A DNA stretch of 64,000 bases from an uncultured virus (IMG/VR IMGVR_UViG_3300025011_000035) (taxonomy: Duplodnaviria; Heunggongvirae; Uroviricota; Caudoviricetes). The notes under the pieces were generated by a model. It was not told where the DNA came from. It did not search any database and worked only from the letters and a program-made list of their open reading frames with translations. Within the stretch, counting starts at the first letter, position 1, and every line of letters begins with the position of its first letter. Made by a program: the position numbers and the translations under genes. Of this stretch, positions 59,008 through 64,000 are shown one piece after another. The stretch is taken from the IMG/VR virus record IMGVR_UViG_3300025011_000035. One strand, 5' to 3'.

Positions 59008-59403
59008 TTACTTAATCGAAATGGGACTTGACGGCACAATACCGTTTACGAAAGCGGATGCGGCTTCTGGATTTGTAGCCAGTTCTAGGAATAATTCGCT
59101 ATAGGCTTCAGTCTGTGAAAACGCGTCTCTTAGTTCCTGGTTCTTAACAAATCGTTTACCATCCGGAGACTTCTCACCGTAAGATTTTAGGATTAAATCT
59201 TTAAACACCTCAATGATTCGTTTTGTGTCTTGAGACGCTACAATTTTTTCAAGCATAGCAGCGAGACCACCGGTCGTAGACATCTCCATCTCGATGACCT
59301 CGGCTTTTGTGAGATTGAAATAGAACTCTTCGGTTCTTTTGTTACCATCGAAATCGACATAAGGAATGGTTTTTTTCATCATTTGGTTTTTAACTCCCTT
59401 CAA
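59008..59403 (-). CDS. Tail assembly chaperone
   Basis: YVDFDG...FYFNLTKAE...YGEKSPDGKRF; between MTP and TMP. Confidence 0.7.
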   Translation of the reverse strand: MKGVKNQMMKKTIPYVDFDGNKRTEEFYFNLTKAEVIEMEMSTTGGLAAMLEKIVASQDTKRIIEVFKDLILKSYGEKSPDGKRFVKNQELRDAFSQTEAYSELFLELATNPEAASAFVNGIVPSSPISIK

Positions 59404-59460
59404 ATTTTAAGTAGCGTTTAGACTGTGTTATTAGCACAGGGCCGATTAAGAGGGCGATGT

Positions 59461-59724
59461 TTATTTTACAAGAACATTTTTCCATTTCTTGTAGGCGTCG
59501 AGATAACCCTCGCACTTGTCACCGTTCCAAGTAAACTCGTAATACATACCATCAGAGACAGTTGTGCTGAGCATGGCTTTGTTGTTCTGGAGAGTTTTAC
59601 ATTGCCACACAATGAAGACGTTATCTTGTACAATTTTCCCGTTCTTATCCGTCGAGTCTACCTGCGAGTTAAAGTAATCAACCACTGCTCCAACGGCTTT
59701 TGCTCTAAAATCTTGTTCTTGCAT
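59461..59724 (-). CDS. DUF6275-like protein
   Basis: VFIVWQCKTLQNNKAMLST...YYEFTWNGDK...YLDAYKKW. Confidence 0.7.
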   Translation of the reverse strand: MQEQDFRAKAVGAVVDYFNSQVDSTDKNGKIVQDNVFIVWQCKTLQNNKAMLSTTVSDGMYYEFTWNGDKCEGYLDAYKKWKNVLVK

Positions 59725-59725
59725 T

Positions 59726-59944
59726 TTAATTAACTATGGTTATATCTATATAGTATTCCTTGTCTACTTTGAGTGATTTGGCGACTTCGGCGTTAACCGA
59801 GTAAAGAGTAATCTGACCGGCTGGAATATGAGTAAAGAATTTATCGTTTTCAGAACCTTCTTCCGTCACAGCTTGTAAAGTGATATCGGAACTTCCTCGC
59901 ACTATTAGATTTTTGACGCATTTGAATTTAGCTCGGGCTATCAT
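59726..59944 (-). CDS. Conserved small phage protein
   Basis: RAKFKC...SENDKFF..P.G.I...EYYIDI; SD AAGGGTG. Confidence 0.6.
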   Translation of the reverse strand: MIARAKFKCVKNLIVRGSSDITLQAVTEEGSENDKFFTHIPAGQITLYSVNAEVAKSLKVDKEYYIDITIVN

Positions 59945-60018
59945 ACAATCACCCTTTCAAATTACGAAAACGGAGCTCTCATATTTCAGAGAACCCCGCC
60001 TACAAATTGGTTTATCTA

Positions 60019-60675
60019 TTAACCAGCGGCGAACATGGTCGCAATTTCGTCAGGTAGAGGTAATTCTGCTGGGGTTGCAGTGTCTCCAAATAACAATTTC
60101 TCGAGTGCGACAAGTTTTACAGCATCTACTTTCGTTGAGTCAATTGTTAAGGACGCTGTCGGTCTCTTTCCAGTGACAGCGACCGGCGTGGTGGTAATTT
60201 CCCACGAGAAGGTTATTGCTTCTGGAGAATCATTGATCGTTGAATATGCCTTTTCTGTAGGGGCAGCAAGACAACCATAAATCAGATGTAATTTATAACC
60301 ATGATCGGCCCCTTCGGTGTCATTTCCAAGCGTGGTCTTATATGCTAAACCGAAAGTTTTGCGATCTTGCTGGCCGATTGAAACCCCGACAGCTAAATCA
60401 GCAGAACCATCGCACTCAGCGAATTCATCGGGATATGTGTACGCTTCGATCGTTGCACCGAACTCCTCAGCGGATAAGAGATTTAAATATTTGATATCGT
60501 CGGCGTAAATCGGTGTTGGTTCCGCACCAGATGGACTTTCGGTTACGGCGGTTAAACCATTCCAAGCAACGCCTAAAGGATATGCGCCAGTATTGTCCAT
60601 AACATAGAGAACTCCATTTTTTACACCGGTTTCATATAGACGTTCTCCAGAAGCATCCCAAATAAGTTTAGCCAT
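60019..60675 (-). CDS. Major tail protein (siphovirus)
   Basis: AWNGLTAVTESPSG...IYADDIKY...HLIYG...FSWEITTTP; terminator-like hairpin at about 59971-59998. Confidence 0.85.
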   Translation of the reverse strand: MAKLIWDASGERLYETGVKNGVLYVMDNTGAYPLGVAWNGLTAVTESPSGAEPTPIYADDIKYLNLLSAEEFGATIEAYTYPDEFAECDGSADLAVGVSIGQQDRKTFGLAYKTTLGNDTEGADHGYKLHLIYGCLAAPTEKAYSTINDSPEAITFSWEITTTPVAVTGKRPTASLTIDSTKVDAVKLVALEKLLFGDTATPAELPLPDEIATMFAAG

Positions 60676-60687
60676 TTCTTTTCCCCC

Positions 60688-60993
60688 TTAATAATAAAGA
60701 TTGTATACGTCATGATTAAGATTATCGGACGTATAGTGCCTATCAAAAACGCACATAGGCAAGGACTTGATTTTGTCTGGAAGTAAGCTATCAGGATTTT
60801 TATCAACCACCGTTACGGTATACCCGACTTGATGGTTATACGGTTTGTCGTTTGCAAATTTAGTTTTATTTAGACTACGTGAGTAAATGATACAAGGATA
60901 ACTCAACTTGACGGTCTCAGGTGGTTGAAAATAGACATTGGACGAGCCGATTAGAGTCTCAAGGAGTGTTTGAAGTTGGACCCTGCTCGCCAT
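60688..60993 (-). CDS. Tail terminator / completion protein
   Basis: NVYFQPP...YPCIIY...DNLNHDVY. Confidence 0.7.
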   Translation of the reverse strand: MASRVQLQTLLETLIGSSNVYFQPPETVKLSYPCIIYSRSLNKTKFANDKPYNHQVGYTVTVVDKNPDSLLPDKIKSLPMCVFDRHYTSDNLNHDVYNLYY

Positions 60994-61300
60994 TATAAAC
61001 GCCTCCTATATTTAATATTAGACGAGGTCTCTGAACATCAATTTTAGTAATCTTCCAAGAGGCTCCCATCCATTTGATGTATCGCATGGTGTGGAAATTC
61101 TGATAAGCAAAGGGATCGGCTACAATACTGATCTCGTTATTTATAGTCAGATCATCATTCAGATTCTCCCCTGCCTGCCAGCGTCTTGATAGCTTTACAA
61201 CGTCACCTGAGTAGTTTCGCTCTGTTATAACCTCCTCCCACACACCAGGCGCCGTTTCACTAGTTTCCGCATAGCCGATTGCTCCATAGAATTTTGCCAT
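60959..61300 (-). CDS. Head-tail joining protein (ORF track start 61354; ATG 61300 preferred)
   Basis: SD AGGAG before MAKFYGAIGY; ISIVADPFA...WKITKIDVQRPRLIL. Confidence 0.7.
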   Translation of the reverse strand: MAKFYGAIGYAETSETAPGVWEEVITERNYSGDVVKLSRRWQAGENLNDDLTINNEISIVADPFAYQNFHTMRYIKWMGASWKITKIDVQRPRLILNIGGVYNGEQGPTSNTP

Positions 61301-61378
61301 TTTGAATCTCCTTCTATAAGAAGCGTGATAAGTCTTATACGCATGATGCCACACATAAAAGACTTATCAACTTATTAT

Positions 61379-63061
61379 TTAACCAGCGGTGACTTCCAAG
61401 AACTCGAGCGCAATTGCGGCGTAAGGCTTAATTAGCGCCCCAGAACAACGTGTTTCAATAAGATACTTCTGGGCGTTGTAGTCAATGTCAAAGTCGTCGA
61501 ACATGTTGACAGCTCCACCCTTATCGGCACCGACGTTGTAGTCCGACAGGTTGACGACAATCGCGGCAAGAGTGTAGACTTTACCATCTGTCGCTGTTCG
61601 GGATAAACTTTCCATTACTGGAACGGTGATGATTTCTTTAACCCGTAAAGCCGTGGCTAATTTGTCCACCGAATCGTAAATAATACGACCGGTCGTATCT
61701 TCCATTAGCAAGCAGTCGGTAAGAATGTCCTCGGTAGCATATAGAGTCGGCGAACCAGAACCTTTATAGTTCTTTCTGGACTTAACGGCCGCACGAATGA
61801 ATGCCTTTGCCTTTTGGTCAGCAGTAGCGTTAGCGACATGCTCAACTGGAGTTTTGATGGTGTACAAATCGGCGTCTGTCCAAATGGGTCGGATGTTTCC
61901 TTCGTTGACTTTGTCGTCGGAAGAAGAAAGACGACCGTCCCCAACAAGAAGTGCGCGAGCGATTTCTTCGTCCAGCATAACTCTCATTTCAGATTTTAGC
62001 CACGCCACCACATCGAAGTCGGTAATATCAACAACATCGTCGCGATCGAGTTTCTGTTTCTTGTAAATGGTTGTCGGGGTAGTGCTTCGCTTAAGTAAGG
62101 AGAATACTTCTTCCACCTTTAGTTTACCTTTGATGTAACCTTTGGCTCGAGCATCGGCCTCAGTGATATCTGCATAGATAGATTTAATGCGAGAGAATGG
62201 GGTATTGTGCACGTTAGTCATTACTTTCTGCACCCAGCCCATCTCTCTTTGGATGAACTGTGGGGTATTGGTAACGTTTTTCGCATCTGGGAATAGGTAA
62301 TCGATATTGTGTGCTAGAGTTGCATCTTTCAAGCTGCCATATCGTTTAGCATCTGCGATAATAGCCTCCATATCGGAATGGCTAAGGACGTCCTTCTCTT
62401 TGTCTTTGTCGAATACGTTTTGTTTCATATCATCGTCTCCTTCGTCATCTTGATTATTGTTTCCGTCGAGAGCTTGACCGATCATCGCGTACACCACTGT
62501 TTTCTGTTTTTCAGAAAGAGTGTTAAACACGTCGGCAACAGTTTCATCATCTTCCGGTGGGTCGGTTTTTGGCGCTTCTTTTTTGGGTTCTTCTTTTGGC
62601 GGATCGGCATGAAATAATTCCACTTTTTCGCTAGTATAAATCACGGCTTCTTCGTCAGATTCTTCGCCGTGAATCATAACCGAATCAATGAATGCTCCGG
62701 GGTTTGCGCCAGAGAGCACCAAACTTAACTCGCGAATCGCCCCATGAACAACGTTATCGCCCTTCTGTCTTAGTTGGTTTGCGTATATTGACAGAGCTGA
62801 AACATCGCCATGTTTAACTAATAGTTTTGCGTTCTTTCCGGCTTCTGTTTCGTTAAAAACACAATAAGCGTAGACCCCCTCTTTTCGATTCTCCAATAAT
62901 GCGTGACCAAGCACGTTCATCGGACCATCGTGCTGGTGATTCCACACCATAGGGACCGTTTGGCCGTCGTTATGTTTAAACGCGTCTTGTAGAATTGTTC
63001 GACCGTCGGAGCATTTAAGGTTGTTCCGAGTCGCCCATCCACTAAAATCATACTTTTCCAA
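61379..63061 (-). CDS. Fused prohead protease - major capsid protein
   Basis: N-terminal HK97-type protease (FSGWAT, VWNHQH, ALSI, ELSLV...GANPGA), acidic linker, HK97-fold capsid C-terminus. Confidence 0.88.
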   Translation of the reverse strand: MEKYDFSGWATRNNLKCSDGRTILQDAFKHNDGQTVPMVWNHQHDGPMNVLGHALLENRKEGVYAYCVFNETEAGKNAKLLVKHGDVSALSIYANQLRQKGDNVVHGAIRELSLVLSGANPGAFIDSVMIHGEESDEEAVIYTSEKVELFHADPPKEEPKKEAPKTDPPEDDETVADVFNTLSEKQKTVVYAMIGQALDGNNNQDDEGDDDMKQNVFDKDKEKDVLSHSDMEAIIADAKRYGSLKDATLAHNIDYLFPDAKNVTNTPQFIQREMGWVQKVMTNVHNTPFSRIKSIYADITEADARAKGYIKGKLKVEEVFSLLKRSTTPTTIYKKQKLDRDDVVDITDFDVVAWLKSEMRVMLDEEIARALLVGDGRLSSSDDKVNEGNIRPIWTDADLYTIKTPVEHVANATADQKAKAFIRAAVKSRKNYKGSGSPTLYATEDILTDCLLMEDTTGRIIYDSVDKLATALRVKEIITVPVMESLSRTATDGKVYTLAAIVVNLSDYNVGADKGGAVNMFDDFDIDYNAQKYLIETRCSGALIKPYAAIALEFLEVTAG

Positions 63062-63087
63062 TTTTAATTTCTCCTTCCATTTTGAGG

Positions 63088-64000
63088 TTATACAAGGGTA
63101 ATATCTTCAGCCGGTTTACTTATGTTCTTGTTTTTAAGTTCGTCGGCCTTTGGATCATCGGAGGGTTTCATACCGATAATTTGTCTAAATTCATTCGACG
63201 ATAAGATCTCGTTTCGAGTGAACTTATCGGCAATCTCTGCCAAGTCGTTAACCGGTACAAGTTTGAATGGATCTTTAAACACTAAGATTGACTGAAACTG
63301 GGATCTTGCGGTTTTGGTCAAGAATTTTCGTTTCATTTCGTCAACTATGGCGGAGACAATTGGTTCGATGGTTCGATTGTAATAATTAAGCATCGTCTTC
63401 TCGTCAGCCGTACCATCTAATATGCTCTGAGTGATTCCTAATTGGCTATACAGCATACTCATTAGAAATTCAATCTGACCCATTAGATTGTTCTCTACTG
63501 ACCGATTCAACTGTGTGATGCGCTCTGTTCCATCAGTATAAGCTATACCATACTTAGACCCAGCCAACTGATTCTCTATATCGGCGCGTCGAAGTTCGGC
63601 TTGTTCTCGCCTAGCTGTCGTCTTGATGACGTACGGCAATTGAATTATTAAATCTAGTTTTCCAGAACCGCTTTGAATGTCTATTGCGTCTAACAAATTC
63701 AACTTCGAGATCAAGCGTTTTAAAGTTGAATTTGGCTCATTCATAATAGCATATAAAGGATTCTCAATAATCGCCACAGTATTTTTAGGTAATGGAATAT
63801 CCTCTTTTAAGCCGGTTTTCTCGTTATAAACTTGGACGCGTATGGAGTTCGGATACCACTGTAGAATCTTGCCAGTTCGAACCGAGTTAATATCGTACGA
63901 ACCCGTAATTGTCGGGTTAAACGTCGTATCTGTCGGGACAATGGCGATGCATCCTTCATCCAAAATAGACATAACGGCGTCTTGAATAAATGCGCGTCCT
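63088..64000 (-). CDS. Portal protein (5' end beyond the window)
   Basis: SQLGITQSILDGTADE...TIEPIV...NEILSSNEFRQIIGM; frame stays open to the window edge. Confidence 0.85.
   Translation of the reverse strand, partial: GRAFIQDAVMSILDEGCIAIVPTDTTFNPTITGSYDINSVRTGKILQWYPNSIRVQVYNEKTGLKEDIPLPKNTVAIIENPLYAIMNEPNSTLKRLISKLNLLDAIDIQSGSGKLDLIIQLPYVIKTTARREQAELRRADIENQLAGSKYGIAYTDGTERITQLNRSVENNLMGQIEFLMSMLYSQLGITQSILDGTADEKTMLNYYNRTIEPIVSAIVDEMKRKFLTKTARSQFQSILVFKDPFKLVPVNDLAEIADKFTRNEILSSNEFRQIIGMKPSDDPKADELKNKNISKPAEDITLV

Larger units (their letters stand above)
44008..64000. mobile_element. Element B: siphovirus structural module (incomplete, continues past the window end)
   Basis: Portal, protease-capsid, tail, 1926-aa TMP, Dit, Tal, BppU-type RBP; no sheath; higher GC and many more CG dinucleotides than element A. 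Confidence 0.88.

Noticed and set aside
1..64000. CRISPR array, tRNA, rRNA, IS transposase or DGR reverse transcriptase
   Set aside because: No regularly spaced repeat-spacer array, canonical tRNA, transposase or RT motifs were seen by eye. The 181-bp repeat mismatches are not adenine-specific and there is no RT, so it is not a TR/VR pair.

Overview
The window is entirely phage DNA from a low-GC Firmicute (Clostridia-like by inference) and holds two elements, with nearly all virion genes on the minus strand. Element A (about 1-43826, very AT-rich) looks like a complete, circularly permuted ~43.8 kb myovirus with phage-plasmid features. It carries a PBSX/Xkd-type contractile tail, an SPP1-type portal and head, terminase, a YonO-like single-subunit RNA polymerase, an iteron-like origin, a dif-like site, antisense-RNA-type control regions, FtsK plus replication-relaxation genes, a lysis cassette, and a tyrosine recombinase with a divergent HTH gene. 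Element B (about 44008-64000, visibly higher GC) is the virion module of an unrelated siphovirus: portal, protease-capsid fusion, tail, TMP, Dit, Tal and two RBP genes. The two meet at a shared receptor-binding (tail fibre) domain: bases 1-181 recur at 43827-44007, with the first 127 identical. The best candidate for an undescribed system is a family of 22-bp quasi-palindromic sites with compensatory changes. They sit in frame at the start of each receptor-binding domain and again just after its stop codon, homology between the two phages ends at such a site, and a tyrosine recombinase lies next door. This suggests integron-like, site-specific exchange of RBP cassettes between unrelated phages. 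Also notable are a free-standing protein that fuses a tail-chaperone T-like segment to a copy of the tape-measure C-terminus, and several candidate small RNAs. All family assignments are by eye; no searches were run.
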